From Mobula hypostoma (lineage: Eukaryota): 64,000 nucleotides of DNA. Below the pieces are notes generated by a model. It was not told where the DNA came from. It made no database searches and worked only from the letters and a program-made list of their open reading frames with translations. The stretch lies in contig NC_086108.1 in assembly GCF_963921235.1 (NCBI RefSeq), forward strand, positions 4,464,001 to 4,528,000. Reading direction: 5' to 3'. Positions 1 to 15,500 of this stretch are shown piece by piece. Within the stretch, counting starts at the first letter, position 1. Every line of letters starts with the position of its first letter. The position numbers and the translations under genes were made by a program.

Positions 1-83
1 GGTGTAGGCGTGGTAACACTTGCGAGCTGCTCCCAACACATCCCCGGACTTCGCTGGTCGTTGATGCACTGTAACTAACGTAT

Positions 84-146
84 GCACACACACAGAGACA
101 CACGCACACGCACACACAGACACACACACACTCACACACATGCACA

Positions 147-180
<34 letters not shown>

Positions 181-395
181 GACGCACACACACAGAGAAA
201 CACACACAGACGCGCGCACAGACACAGACACAGACACACACACAGAGACGCAGATACACACACACAGACACAGACATGCACATGTACACAGACATATGCA
301 CACATATACACAGACACAGACACACACAGAGACGGACTCACACACAGACAGACACAGCGACACAGATACACAGGCACCACACAGACACACACAAT
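84..395. repeat. Imperfect (CA)n/(CAGACA)n microsatellite
   Basis: Visible CA/CAGA runs; explains the His/Thr-rich and Cys/Val-rich ORFs. Confidence 0.95.
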
Positions 396-552
396 ACAGC
401 AGGGCAGGTAGCATCTATGGAAATGAATAAACAGTAAAAGTTTGGGGCCGCGACCCTTCATCTGGGGCGTGTACATTTCACGGTATGTTTCACAAATATT
501 TTCTGATACATGTCTTTGCACTGTACTGGTGCTGTAAAATAATAAATTTCAG

Positions 553-3500
553 TGGTTGAATTTAGTATCAGAGAACATATACATTTTACAACTTGAAATT
601 CTTACTCTTTGTTGACATCCACAAAAACAGAGAAACAACAAAGAATGAGTGACAGAAAACGAAGCCCCTCCCTCTCCCACTGCACAAGCAGCATCAATCC
701 TCCCCGACTCGCCCCAACATGAGCATCAACCCCCTTCCCCTCCCCCACTCACCCCAACATGACCATCAACTCCCCGTTCCCCTCCCCCACTCACCCCAAC
801 ATGAGCATCAACTCCCCCTTCCCCTCCCCCCACTCACCCCAACGTGAGCATCAACTCCCCCTTCCCCTCCCCAACTCACCCCAACATGAGCATTAACCCC
901 CCCTTCCCCTCCCCCACTCACCCTAACACGAGCATCAACTCCCCCTTCCCCTCCCCCACTCACCCCAACATGAGCATTAACCCCCCTTCCCCTCCCCCAC
1001 TCACCCCAACATGAGCATCAACCCCCCTTCCCCTCCCCCACTCACCCCAATGTGAGTATCAACGTCCTTCCCCTCCCCCACTCGCCCCAACATGAGCATT
1101 AACCCCCCTTCCCCTCCCCCACTCACCCCAACATGAGCATCAACTCCCCCTTCCCCTCCCCAACTCACCCCAACATGAGCATTAACCCCCCCTTCCCCTC
1201 CCCCACTCACCCTAACACGAGCATCAACTCCCCCTTCCCCTCCCCCACTCACCCCAACATGAGCATCAACCCCCCTTCCCCTCCCCCACTCACCCCAACA
1301 TGAGCATTAACCCCCCTTCCCCTCCCCCACTCACCCCAACATGAGCATCAACCCCCCTTCCCCTCCCCCACTCACCCCAACATGAGCATCAACTCCCCCT
1401 TCCCCTCCCCCCACTCACCCCAACATGAGCATTAACCCCCCTTCCCCTCCCCCACTCACCCCAACATGAGCATCAACTCCCCCTTCCCCTCCCCCACTCA
1501 CCCCAACATGAGCATCAACTCCCCCTTCCCCTCCCCCACTCACCCCAACATGAGCATTAACTCCCCCTTCCCCTCCCCCCACTCACCCCAACATGAGCAT
1601 CAACTCCCCCTTCCCCTCCCCCACTCACCCCAACATGAGCATCAACTCCCCTTCCCCTCCCCCACTCACCCCAACATGAGCATTAATCCCCCTTCCCCTC
1701 CCCCACTCACCCCAACATGAGCATCAACTCCCCCTTCCCCTCCCCCCACTCACCCCAACATGAACATCAACTCCCCCTTCCCCTCCCCCACTCACCCCAA
1801 CATGAACATCTACACCCCCTTCCCCTCCCCCACTCACCCCAACATGAGAACAACTCCCTCTTCCCCTCCCCCACTCACCCCAACATGAGCATCAACTCCC
1901 CCTTCCCCTCCCCCACTCACCCGAACATGAGCATTAACCCCCCCTTCCCCTCCCCCACTCACCCCAACATGAGCATCAACTCCCTTCCCCTCCCCCACTG
2001 GCCCCAACATGAGCATTAACCCCCCCTTCCCCTCCCCCACTTACCCCAACATGAGCATTAACTCCCCCTTCCCCTCCCCCACTCACCCCAACATGAGCAT
2101 TAACCCCCTTCCTCTCCCCCCACTCACCCCAACATGAGCATCAACTCCCCCTTCCCCTCCCCCACTCACCCCAACATGAGCATCAACTCCCCCTTCCCCT
2201 CCCCCAATCACCCAAATGTGAGCATCAACTCCCCCTTCCCCTCCCCCACTTACCCCAACATGAGCATCAACTCCCCCTTCCCCTCCCCCAATCACCCAAA
2301 TGTGAGCATCAACTCCCCCTTCCCCTCCCCCAATCACCCCAACATGAGCATTAATCCCCCTTCCCCTCCCCCACTCACCCCAACATGAGCATCAACTCCC
2401 CCTTCCCCTCCCCCACTCACCCCAACATGAACATCAACTCCCCCTTCCCCTCCCCCACTCACCCCAACATGAACATCTACACCCCCTTCCCCTCCCCCAC
2501 TCACCCCAACATGAGCATCAACTCCCCCTTCCCCTCCCCCACTCACCCCAACATGAACATCTACACCCCCTTCCCCTCCCCCACTCACCCCAACATGAGA
2601 ATCAACTCCCCCTTCCCCTCCCCCACTCACCCAACATGAGCCCAACCCCCTTCCCCTCCCCCACTCACCCCAACATGAGCATCAACTCCCCCCTCCCCTC
2701 TCCCCCACTCACCCCAACAACTCCCCCTTCCCCTCCCCCACTCACCCCAACATGAGCATCAACCCCCTACCCCTCCCCCCACTTACCCCAACATGAGCAT
2801 CAACTCCCCCTTCCCCTCCCCCACTCACCCCAACATGAGCATCAACTCCCCCTTCCCCTCCCCCACTTGCCCCAACATGAGCATTAACCTCCCTTCCTCT
2901 CCCCTCACTTACCCCAACATGAGCATCAACTCCCCCTTCCCCTCCCCCCACTCACCCCAACATGAGCATCAACTCCCCCTTCCCCTCCCCCACTCACCCC
3001 AACATGAGCATCACCCCCCTTCCCCTCCCCCACTCACCCCAACATGAGCATCAACTCCCCCTTCCCCTCCCCCACTCACCCCAACATGAGCATCAACTCC
3101 CCCTTCCCCTCCCCCACTCACCCCAACATGAGCATCAACTCCCCTTCCCCTCCCCCACTCACCCCAACATGAGCATCAACTCCCCCTTCCCCTCCCCCAC
3201 TCGCCCCAACATGAGCATTAACCCCCCCTTCCCCTCCCCCACTCACCCCAACATGAACACTCCCCCTTCCCCTCCCCCACTCACCCCAACATGAGCATCA
3301 ACTCCCCCTTCCCCTCCCCCACTCACCCCAACATGAGCATTAACCCCCCCTTCCCCTCCCCCACTCACCCCAACATGAGCATCAACTCCCCCTTCCCCTC
3401 CCCCACTCACCCCAACATGAGCATCAACTCCCCCTTCCCCTCCCCCACTCACCCCAACATGAGCATTAACCCCCCTTCCCCTCCCCCACTCACCCCAACA

Positions 3501-6500
3501 TGAGCATCAACTCCCCCTTCCCCTCCCCCACTCACCCCAACATGAGCATTAACTCCCCCTTCCCCTCCCCCACTCACCCCAAGATGAGCATCAACTCCCC
3601 CTTCCCCTCCCCCCACTCACCCCAACATGAGCATCAACTCCCCCTTCCCCTCCCTCCACTCACCCCAACATGAGCATTAACCCCCTTCCTCTCCCCCCGC
3701 TCACCCGAATGTGAGCATCAACTCCCCCTTCCCCTCCCCCCACCCGCCCCAATATGAACATCAACTCCCCTTCCCCTCCCCCACTCACCCCAACATGAGC
3801 ATTCAATCCCCCTTCCCCTCCCCCCACTCACCCCAACATGAGCATCAACTCCCCATTCCCCTCCCCCACTCACCCCAACATGAGTATCAACTCCACCGTC
3901 CCCTCCCCCCACTCACCCCAACATGAGCATTAATCCCCCTTCCCCTCCCCCACTCACCCCAACATGAGCATCAACTCCCCCCTTCCCCTCCCCCACTCAC
4001 CCCAACATCAACATCAACTCCCCTTCCCCTCCCCCACTCACCCCAACATGAACATCTACACCCCCTTCCCCTCCCCCACTCACCCCAACATGAGAATCAA
4101 CTCCCTCTTCCCCTCCCCCACTCACCCCAACATGAGCATCAACTCCCCCTTCCCCTCCCCCTACTCACCCGAACATGAGCATTAACCCCCCCTTCCCCTC
4201 CCCCACTCACCCCAACATGAGCATCAACTCCCTTCCCCTCCCCCCACTGGCCCCAACATGAGCATTAACCCCCCCTTCCCCTCCCCCACTTACCCCAACA
4301 TGAGCATTAACCCCCTTCCCCTCCCCCCACTCACCCCAACATGAGCATTAACCCCCTTCCTCTCCCCCCACTCACCCCAACATGAGCATCAACTCCCCCT
4401 TCCCCTCCCCCACTCACCCCAACATGAGCATCAACTCCCCCTTCCCCTCCCCCAATCACCCAAATGTGAGCATCAACTCCCCCTTCCCCTCCCCCACTTA
4501 CCCCAACATGAGCATCAACTCCCCCTTCCCCTCCCCCAATCACCCAAATGTGAGCATCAACTCCCCCTTCCCCTCCCCCAATCACCCCAACATGAGCATT
4601 AATCCCCCTTCCCCTCCCCCACTCACCCCAACATGAGCATCAACTCCCCCTTCCCCTCCCCCACTCACCCCAACATGAACATCAACTCCCCCTTCCCCTC
4701 CCCCACTCACCCCAACATGAACATCTACACCCCCTTCCCCTCCCCCACTCACCCCAACATGAGCATCAACTCCCCCTTCCCCTCCCCCACTCACCCCAAC
4801 ATGAACATCTACACCCCCTTCCCCTCCCCCACTCACCCCAACATGAGAATCAACTCCCCCGTCCCCGCCCCCACTCACCCCAACATGAGAATCAACTCCC
4901 CCTTCCCCTCCCCCACTCACCCCAACATGAGCATCAACCCCCTACCCCTCCCCCACTTACCCCAACATGAGCATTAACTCCCCCTTCCCCTCCCCCACTC
5001 ACCCCAACATGAGAATCAACTCCCCCTTCCCCTCCCCCACTTGCCCCAACATGAGCATTAACCTCCCTTCCCCTCCCCCACTCACCCCAACATGAGCATC
5101 AGCTCCCCCTTCCCCTCCCCCACTCACCCCAACATGAGCATCAACTCCCCCTTCCCCTCCCCCACTCACCCCAACATGAGCATTAACCCCCCCTTCCCTC
5201 TCCCCCACTCACCCCAACATGAGCATCAACTCCCCCTTCCCCTCCCCCACTCACCCCAACATGAGCATCAACTCCCCCTTCCCCTCCCCCACTCACCCCA
5301 ACATGATCATTAACCCCCCCTTCCCCTCCCCCACTCACCCCAACATGAGCATCAACTCCCCCTTCCCCTCCCCCACTCACCCCAACATGAGCATTAACCC
5401 CCCCTTCCCCTCCCCCACTCACCCCAACATGAGCATCAACTCCCCCTTCCCCTCCCCCACTCACCCCAACATGAGCATCAACTCCCCCTCCCCTCCCCCT
5501 CCCCCACTCACCCCAACATGAGCATTAACCCCCCTTCCCCTCCCCACTCACCCCAACATGAGCATCAACTCCCCCTTCCCCTCCCCCACTCACCCCAACA
5601 TGAGCATTAACCCCCCTTCCCCTCCCCCACTCACCCCAACATGAGCATTAACTCCCCCTTCCCCTCCCCCACTCACCCCAACATGAGCATCAACTCCCCT
5701 TCCCCTCCCCCCACTCGCCCCAACATGAGCATTAACCCCCTTCCTCTCCCCCCGCTCACCCGAATGTGAGCATCAACTCCCCCTTCCCCTCCCCCCACCC
5801 GCCCCAATATGAACATCAACTCCCCTTCCCCTCCCCCACTCACCCCAACATGAACATCCCCCTTCCCCTCCCCCCACTCACCCCAACATGAGCATCAACT
5901 CCCCATTCCCCTCCCCCACTCACCCCAACATGAGCATCAACTCCCCCTTCCCCTCCCCCACTCACCCCAACATGAGCATTAACTCCCCCTTCCCCTCCCC
6001 CACTCACCCCAACATGAGCATCAACTCCCCCTTCCCCTCCCCCACTCACCCCAACATGAGCATCAACTCCCCCTTCCCCTCCCCCACTCACCCCAACATG
6101 AACATCTACACCCCCTTCCCCTCCCCCACGCACCCCAACATGAGAATCAACTCCCCCTTCCCCTCCCCCACTCACCCCAACATGAGCATCAACTCCCCCT
6201 TCCCCTCCCCCACTCCCCCCAACATGAGCATTAACTCCCCCTTCCCCTCCCCCACTCACCCCAACATGAGCATCAACTCCCCCTTCCCCTCCCCCCACTC
6301 ACCCCAACATGAGCATTAATCCCCCCTTCCCCTCCCCCACTTACCCCAACATGAGCATTAACCCCCTTCCCCTCCCCCACTCGCCCCAACATGAGCATTA
6401 ACCCCCTTCCTCTCCCCCCACTCACCCCAACATGAGCATCAACCCCCCCTTCCCCTCCCCCACTCACCCCAACATGAGCATCAACTCCCCCTTCCCCTCC

Positions 6501-9500
6501 CCCACTCACCCCAACATGAGCATCAACTCCCCCTTCCCCTCCCCCACTTACCCCAACATGAGCATCAACTCCCCCTTCCCCTCCCCCACTCACCCCAACA
6601 TGAGCATCAACTCCCCCTTCCCCTCCCCCAATCACCCCAACATGAGCATTAATCCCCCTTCCCCTCCCCCACTCACCCCAACATGAGCATCAACTCCCCC
6701 TTCCCCTCCCCCACTCACCCCAACATGAACATCAACTCCCCCTTCCCCTCCCCCACTCACCCCAACATGAACATCTACACCCCCTTCCCCTCCCCCACTC
6801 ACCCCAACATGAGCATCAACTCCCCCTTCCCCTCCCCCACTCACCCCAACATGAGCATCAACTCCCCCTTCCCCTCCCCCACTCACCCCAACATGAGCAT
6901 CAACTCCCCCTTCCCCTCCCCCACTCACCCCAACATGAGCATCAACTCCCCCTTCCCCTCCCCCACTCACCCCAACATGAGCATCAACCCCCTACCCCTC
7001 CCCCCACTTACCCCAACATGAGCGTTAACCCCCCTTCCCCTCCCCCACTCACCCCAACATGAGCATCAACTCCCCCTTCCCCTCCCCCACTTGCCCCAAC
7101 ATGAGCATTAACCTCCCTTCCCCTCCCCCACTCACCCCAACATGAGCATCAACTCCCCCTTCCCCTCCCCCACTCACCCCAACATGAGCATTAACTCCCC
7201 CTTCCCCTCCCCCCACTCGCCCCAACATGAGCATTAACCCCCCCTTCCCCTCCCCCACTCACCCATGATGAGCATCAACTCCCCCTTCCCCTCCCCCACT
7301 CACCCCAACATGAGAATCAACTCCCCCTTCCCCTCCCCCACTTGCCCCAACATGAGCATTAACCTCCCTTCCCCTCCCCCACTCACCCCAACATGAGCAT
7401 CAGCTCCCCCTTCCCCTCCCCCACTCACCCCAACATGAGCATTAACTCCCCCTTCCCCTCCCCCACTCACCCCAACGTGAGCATTAACTCCCCCTTCCCC
7501 TCCCCCACTCACCCCAACATGAGCATCAACTCCCCCTTCCCCGCCCCCACTCACCCCAACATGAGCATCAACTCCCCCTTCCCCTCCCCCACTCACCCCA
7601 ACATGAGCATCAACTCCCCCTTCCCCTCCCCCCACTCACCCCAACATGAGCATTAACTCCCCCTTCCCCTCCCCCACTCACCCCAACATGAGCATCAACT
7701 CCCCCTTCCCCTCCCCCACTCACCCCAACATGAGCATCAACTCCCCCTTCCCCTCCCCCACTCACCCCAACATGAGCATTAACCCCCCTTCCCCTCCCCC
7801 ACTCCCCCAACATGAGCATTAACCCCCCTTCCCCTCCCCCACTTACCCCAACATGAGCATTAACCCCCTTCCCCTCCCCCACTCACCCCAACATGAGCAT
7901 TAACCCCCTTCCTCTCCCCCCACTCACCCCAACATGAGCATCAACTCCCCCTTCCCCTCCCCCACTCACCCCAACATGAGCATTAACTCCCCCTTCCCCT
8001 CCCCCACTCACCCCAACATGAGCATCAACTCCCCCTTCCCCTCCCCCACTCCCCCCAACATGAGCATCAACTCCCCCTTCCCCTCCCTCACTCACCCCAA
8101 CGTGAGCATCAACTCCCCCTTCCCCTCCCCCACTCACCCCAACCTGAGCATCAACTCCCCCTTCCCCTCCCCCCACTCACCCCAACATGAGCATTAACTC
8201 CCCCTTCCCCTCCCCCACTCACCCCAACATGAGCATCAACTCCCCCTTCCCCTCCCCCACTCACCCCAACATGAGCATCAACCCCCCCTTCCCCTCCCCC
8301 ACTCACCCCAACATGAGCATCAACTCCCCCTTCCCCTCCCCCACTCACCCCAACATGAGCATTAACTCCCCCTTCCCCTCCCCCACTCACCCCAACATGA
8401 ACATCAACTCCCCCTTCCCCTCCCCCACTCACCCCGTGAGCATCAACTCCCCCTTCCCCTCCCCCACTCACCCCAACATGAGCATCAACTCCCCCTTCCC
8501 CTCCCCCACTCACCCCAACATGAGCATTAACTCCCCCTCCCCGTCCCCCACTCACATCAACATTAGCATCAACCCCCTTCCCCTCCCCCACTCACCCCAA
8601 CATGAACATTAACCCCCCCTTCCCCTCCCCCACTTACCCCAACATGAGCAACAACTCCCCCTTCCCCTCCCCCACTCACCCCAACATGAGCATCAACTCC
8701 CCCTTCCCCTCCCCCACTCACCCCAACATGAGCATCAACTCCCCCTTCCCCTCCCCCACTCACCCCAACATGAGCATTAACCCCCTTCCTCTCCCCCCAC
8801 TCACCCCAACATGAGCATCAACTCCCCCTTCCCCTCCCCCACTCACCCCAACGTGAGCATCAACTCCCCCTTCCCCTCCCCCACTCACCCCAACATGAGC
8901 ATTAATCCCCCTTCCCCTCCCCCACTCACCCCAACATGAGCATCAACTCCCCCTTCCCCTCCCCCACTCACCCCAACATGAGCATCAACTCCCCCTTCCC
9001 CTCCCCCACTCACCCCAACATGAGCATCAACTCCCCCTTCCCCTCCCCCACTCACCCCAACATGAGCATTAATCCCCCTTCCCCTCCCCCACTCACCCCA
9101 ACATGAGCATCAACTCCCCCTTCCCCTCCCCCACTCACCCCAACATGAACATCTACACCCCCTTCCCCTCCCCCACTCACCCCAACATGAGCATCAACTC
9201 CCCCTTCCCCTCCCCCACTCACCCCAACATGAGCATCAACTCCCCCTTCCCCTCCCCCACTCGCCCCAACATGAGCATTAACTCCCCCTTCCCCTCCCCC
9301 ACTCACCCCAACATGAGCATCAACTCCCCCTTCCCCTCCCCCACTCACCCCAACATGAGCATCAACTCCCCCTTCCCCTCCCCCACTCACCCCAACATGA
9401 GCATCAACCCCCCTTCCCCTCCCCCACTCACCCCAACATGAGCATCAACTCCCCCTTCCCCTCCCCCACTCACCCCAACATGAGCATCAACTCCCCCTTC

Positions 9501-12500
9501 CCCTCCCCCCACTCACCCCAACATGAGCATCAACTCCCCCTTCCCCTCCCCCACTCACCCCAACATGAGCATCAACCCCCCTTCCCCTCCCCCACTCACC
9601 CCAACATGAGCATCAACTCCCCCTTCCCCTCCCCCACTCACCCCAACATGAGCATCAACTCCCCCTTCCCCTCCCCCACTCACCCCAACATGAGCATTAA
9701 CCCCTTCCTCTCCCCCCACTCACCCCAACGTGAGCATCAACTCCCCCTTCCCCTCCCCCACTTACCCCAACATGAGCATTAACCCCCTTCCTCTCCCCCC
9801 ACTCACCCCAACGTGAGCATCAACTCCCCCTTCCCCTCCCCCACTCACCCCAACATGAGCATTAACTCCCCCTTCCCCTCCCCCCACTCACCCCAACATG
9901 AGCATTAACCCCCCCTTCCCCTCCCCCACTCACCCCAACATGAGCATCAACTCCCCCTTCCCCTCCCCCCACTCACCCCAACATGAGCATCAACTCCCCC
10001 TTCCCCTTCCCCTCCCCCACTCACCCCAACATGAGCATTAACTCCCCCTTCCCCTCCCCCACTCACCCCAACACCCCCCTTCCCCTCCCCCACTCACCCC
10101 AACATGAGCATCAACTCCCCCTTCCCCTCCCCCACTCACCCCAACATGAGCATCAACTCCCCCTTCCCCTCCCCCACTCACCCCAACATGAGCATCAATC
10201 CCCCTTCCCCTCCCCCACTCACCCCAACATGAGCATTAACTCCCCCTTCCCCTCCCCCACTCACCCCAACATGAGCATCAACTCCCCCTTCCCCTCCCCC
10301 ACTCACCCCAACATGAGCATCAACTCCCCCTTCCCCTCCCCCACTCACCCCAACATGAGCATCAACTCCCCCTTCCCCTCCCCCACTCACCCCAACATGA
10401 GCATCAACTCCCCCTTCCCCTCCCCCACTCACCCCAACATGAGCATCAACTCCCCCTTCCCCTCCCCCACTCACCCCAACATGAGCATTAACCCCCCTTC
10501 CCCTCCCCCACTCGCCCGAACATGAGCATCAACCCCCTACCCCTCCCCCACTCACCCCAACATGAGCATTAACCCCCTTCCCCTCCCCCACTCACCCCAA
10601 CATGAGCATAACTCCCCCCTCCCCTCCCCCACTCACCCCAACATGAGCATTAACTCCCCCTTCCCCTCCCCCACTCACCCCAACATGAGCATTAACCCCC
10701 CTTCCCCTCTCCCCACTCACCCCAACATGAGCATCAACTCCCCCTTCCCCTCCCCCACTCACCCCAACATGAGCATCAACCCCCCTTCCCCTCCCCCACT
10801 CACCCCAACATGAGCATCAACCCCCCTTCCCCTCCCCCACTCACCCCAACATGAGCATCAACTCCCCCTTCCCCTCCCCCACTCACCCCAACATGAGCAT
10901 CAACTCCCCCTTCCCCTCCCCCACTCACCCCAACATGAGCATCAACTCCCCCTTCCCCTCCCCCACTCACCCCAACATGAGCATCAACTCCCCCTTCCCC
11001 TCCCCCACTCACCCCAACATGAGCATCAACTCCCCCTTCCCCTCCCCCACTCACCCCAACATGAGCATCAACTCCCCCTTCCCCTCCCCCACTCACCCCA
11101 ACATGAGCATCAACTCCCCCTTCCCCTCCCCCACTCACCCCAACATGAGCATCAACTCCCCCTTCCCCTCCCCCACTCACCCCAACATGAGCATCAACTC
11201 CCCCTTCCCCTCCCCCACTCACCCCAACATGAGCATCAACTCCCCCTTCCCCTCCCCCACTCACCCCAACATGAGCATTAACTCCCCCTTCCCCTCCCCC
11301 ACTCACCCCAACATGAGCATCAACTCCCCCTTCCCCTCCCCCACTCACCCCAACATGAGCATCAACTCCCCCTTCCCCTCCCCCACTCACCCCAACATGA
11401 GCATCAACTCCCCCTTCCCCTCCCCCACTCACCCCAACATGAGCATCAACTCCCCCTTCCCCTCCCCCACTCACCCCAACATGAGCATCAACCCCCCTTC
11501 CCCTCCCCCACTCACCCCAACAACATGAGCATCAACTCCCCCTTCCCCTCCCCCACTCACCCCAACATGAGCATCAACTCCCCCTTCCCCTCCCCCACTC
11601 ACCCCAACATGAGCATCAACTCCCCCTTCCCCTCCCCCACTCACCCCAACATGAGCATCAACTCCCCCTTCCCCTCCCCCACTCACCCCAACATGAGCAT
11701 CAACTCCCCCTTCCCCTCCCCCACTCACCCCAACATGAGCATTAACTCCCCCTTCCCCTCCCCCACTCACCCCAACATGAAGCATAACTCCCCCTTCCCC
11801 TCCCCCACTCACCCCAACATGAGCATCAACTCCCCCTTCCCCTCCCCCACTCACCCCAACATGAGCATCAACTCCCCCTTCCCCTCCCCCACTTGCCCCA
11901 ACATGAGCATTAACCCCCCTTCCCCTCCCCCCACTCACCCCAACATGAGCATCAACCCCCTTCCCCTCCCCCACTCACCCCAACATGAACATCTACACCC
12001 CCTTCCCCTCCCCCACTCACCCCAACATGAACATCTACACCCCCTTCCCCTCCCCCACTCACCCCAACATGAGCATTAACTCCCCATTCCCCTCCCCCAC
12101 TCACCCCAACATGATCATCTAACTCCCCCTTCCCCTCCCCCACTCACCCCAACATGAGCATCAACTCCCCCTTCCCCTCCCCCACTCACCCCAACATGAG
12201 CATTAACTCCCCCTTCCCCTCCCCCACTTACCCCAACATGAGCATCAACTCCCCCTTCCCCTCCCCCACTCACCCCAACGTGAGCATCAACTCCCCCTTC
12301 CCCTCCCCCACTTACCCCAACATGAGCATTAACCCCCTTCCCCTCCCCCCACTTACCCCAACATGAGCGTTAACCCCCCTTCCCCTCCCCCACTCACCCC
12401 AACATGAGCATCAACTCCCCCTACCCCTCCCCCCACTCACCCCAACATGAGCATCAACCCCCTTCCCCTCCCCCACTCACCCCAACATGAGCATCAACTC

Positions 12501-15500
12501 CCCCTTCCCCTCCCCCACTTACCCCAACATGAGCATCAACTCCCCCTTCCCCTCCCCCACTCACCCCAACATGAGCATTAATCCCCCTTCCCCTCCCACT
12601 CACCCCAACATGAGCATCAACTCCCCCTTCCCCTCCCCCACTCACCCCAACATGAGCATTAACCCCCTTCCCCTCCCCCACTCACCCCAACATGAGCATC
12701 AACTCCCCCTTCCCCTCCCCCACTCACCCCAACATGAGCATCAACTCCCCCTTCCCCTCCCCCACTCACCCCAACATGAGCATCAACTCCCCCTTCCCCT
12801 CCCCCACTCACCCCAACATGAGCATTAACCCCCCTTCCCCTCCCCCACTCACCCCAACATGAGCATCAACTCCCCCTTCCCCTCCCCCACTCACCCCAAC
12901 ATGAGCATTAACCCCCACTTCCCCTCCCCCACTTGCCCCAACATGAGCATTAACCCCCCCTTCCTCTCCCCCACTCACCCCAACATGAGCATCAACTCCC
13001 CCTTCCCCTCCCCCACTCACCCCAACATGAGCATCAACTCCCCCTTCCCCTCCCCCCACTCACCCCAACATGAGCATTAACTCCCCCTTCCCCTCCCCCA
13101 CTCACCCCAACATGAACATCTACACCCCCTTCCCCTCCCCCACTCACCCCAACATGAGCATCAACTCCCCCTTCCCCTCCCCCACTCACCCCAACATGAG
13201 CATCAACTCCCCCTTCCCCTCCCCCCACTTACCCCAACATGAGCATCAACTCCCCTTTCCCCTTCCCCACTTGCCCCAACATGAGCATTAACCCCCTTCC
13301 CCTCCCCCACTCACCCCAACATGAGCATCAACTCCCCCTTCCCCTCCCCCACTCACCCCAACATGAGCATTAATCCCCCTTCCCCTCCCCCACTCACCCC
13401 AACATGAGCATCAACTCCCCCTTCCCCTCCCCCACTCACCCCAACATGAGCATTAACCCCCTTCCCCTCCCCCACTCACCCCAACATGAGCATCAACCCC
13501 CCTTCCCCTCCCCCACTCACCCCAACATGAGCATCAACTCCCCCTTCCCCTCCCCCACTCACCCCAACATGAGCATCAACTCCCCCTTCCCCTCCCCCAC
13601 TCACCCCAACATGAGCATCAACTCCCCCTTCCCCTCCCCCACTCACCCCAACATGAGCATCAACTCCCCCTTCCCCTCCCCCACTCACCCCAACATGAGC
13701 ATCAACTCCCCCTTCCCCTCCCCCACTCACCCCAACATGAGCATCTAACCCCCTTCCCCTCCCCCACTCACCCCAACATGAGCATCAACTCCCCCTTCCC
13801 CTCCCCCACTCACCCCAACATGAGCATCAACTCCCCCTTCCCCTCCCCCACTCGCCCCAACATGAGCATTAACCCCCCTTCCCCTCCCCCACTCACCCCA
13901 ACATGAACATCTGCACCCCCTTCCCCTCCCCCACTCACCCCAACATGAGCATCTACACCCCCTTCCCCTCCCCCACTCACCCCAACATGAGAATCAACTC
14001 CCCCTTCCCCTCCCCCACTCACCCCAACATGAGCATCAACTCCCCCTTCCCCTCCCCCACTCGCCCCAACATGAGCATTAACCCCCCTTCCCCTCCCCCA
14101 CTCACCCCAACATGAGCATCAACTCCCCCTTCCCCTCCCCCACTCACCCCAACATGAGCATCAACTCCCCCTTCCCCTCCCCCACTCACCCCAACATGAG
14201 CATCAACTCCCCCTTCCCCTCCCCCACTCACCCCAACATGAGCATTAACCCCCATTCCCCTCCCCCACTCACCCCAACATGAACATCTACACCCCCTTCC
14301 TCTCCCCCCACTCACCCCAACGTGAGTATCAACTCCCTTCCCCTCCCCCCACTCGCCCCAACATGAGCATTAACCCCCCTTCCCCTCCCCCACTCACCCC
14401 AACATGAGCATCAACTCCCCCTTCCCCTCCCCCACTCACCCCAACATGAGCATCAACTCCCCCTTCCCCTCCCCCCACTCACCCCAACATGAGCATCAAC
14501 CCCCTACCCCTCCCCCCACTTACCCCAACATGAGCGTTAACCCCCCTTCCCCTCCCCCACTCACCCCAACATGAGCATCAACCCCCTACCCCTCCCCCCA
14601 CTTACCCCAACATGAGCATTAACCCCCTTCCTCTCCCCCCACTCACCCCAACGTGAGCATCAACTCCCCCTTCCCCTCCCCCACTCACCCCAACATGAGC
14701 ATTAACCCCCTTCCCCTCCCCCACTCACCCCAACATGAGCATTAACTCCCCCTACCCCTCCCCCCACTCACCCCAACATGAGCATCAACTCCCCCTTCCC
14801 CTCCCCCACTCACCCCAACATGAGCAACTCCCCCTTCCCCTCCCCCACTCACCCCAACATGAGCATCAACCCCCCTTCCCCTCCCCCACTCACCCCAACA
14901 TGAGCATCAACTCCCCCTTCCCCTCCCCCACTCACCCCAACATGAGCATCAACTCCCCCTTCCCCTCCCCCACTCACCCCAACATGAGCATCAACTCCCC
15001 CTTCCCCTCCCCCACTCACCCCAACATGAGCATCAACTCCCCCTTCCCCTCCCCCACTCACCCCAACATGAGCATTAACTCCCCCTTCCCCTCCCCCACT
15101 CACCCCAACATGAGCATCAACTCCCCCTTCCCCTCCCCCACTCACCCCAACATGAGCATCAACTCCCCCTTCCCCTCCCCCACTCACCCCAACATGAACA
15201 TTAATCCCCCTTCCCCTCCCCCACTCACCCCAACATGAGCATCAACTCCCCCTTCCCCTCCCCCACTCACCCCAACATGAGCATCAACCCCCCTTCCCCT
15301 CCCCCACTCACCCCAACTGAGCATCAACTCCCCCTTCCCCTCCCCCCACTCACCCCAACATGACCATCAACTCCCCGTTCCCCTCCCCCACTCACCCCAA
15401 CATGAGCATCAACTCCCCCTTCCCCTCCCCCACTCACCCCAACATGAGCATCAACTCCCCCTTCCCCTCCCCCACTCACCCCAACGTGAGCATCAACTCC

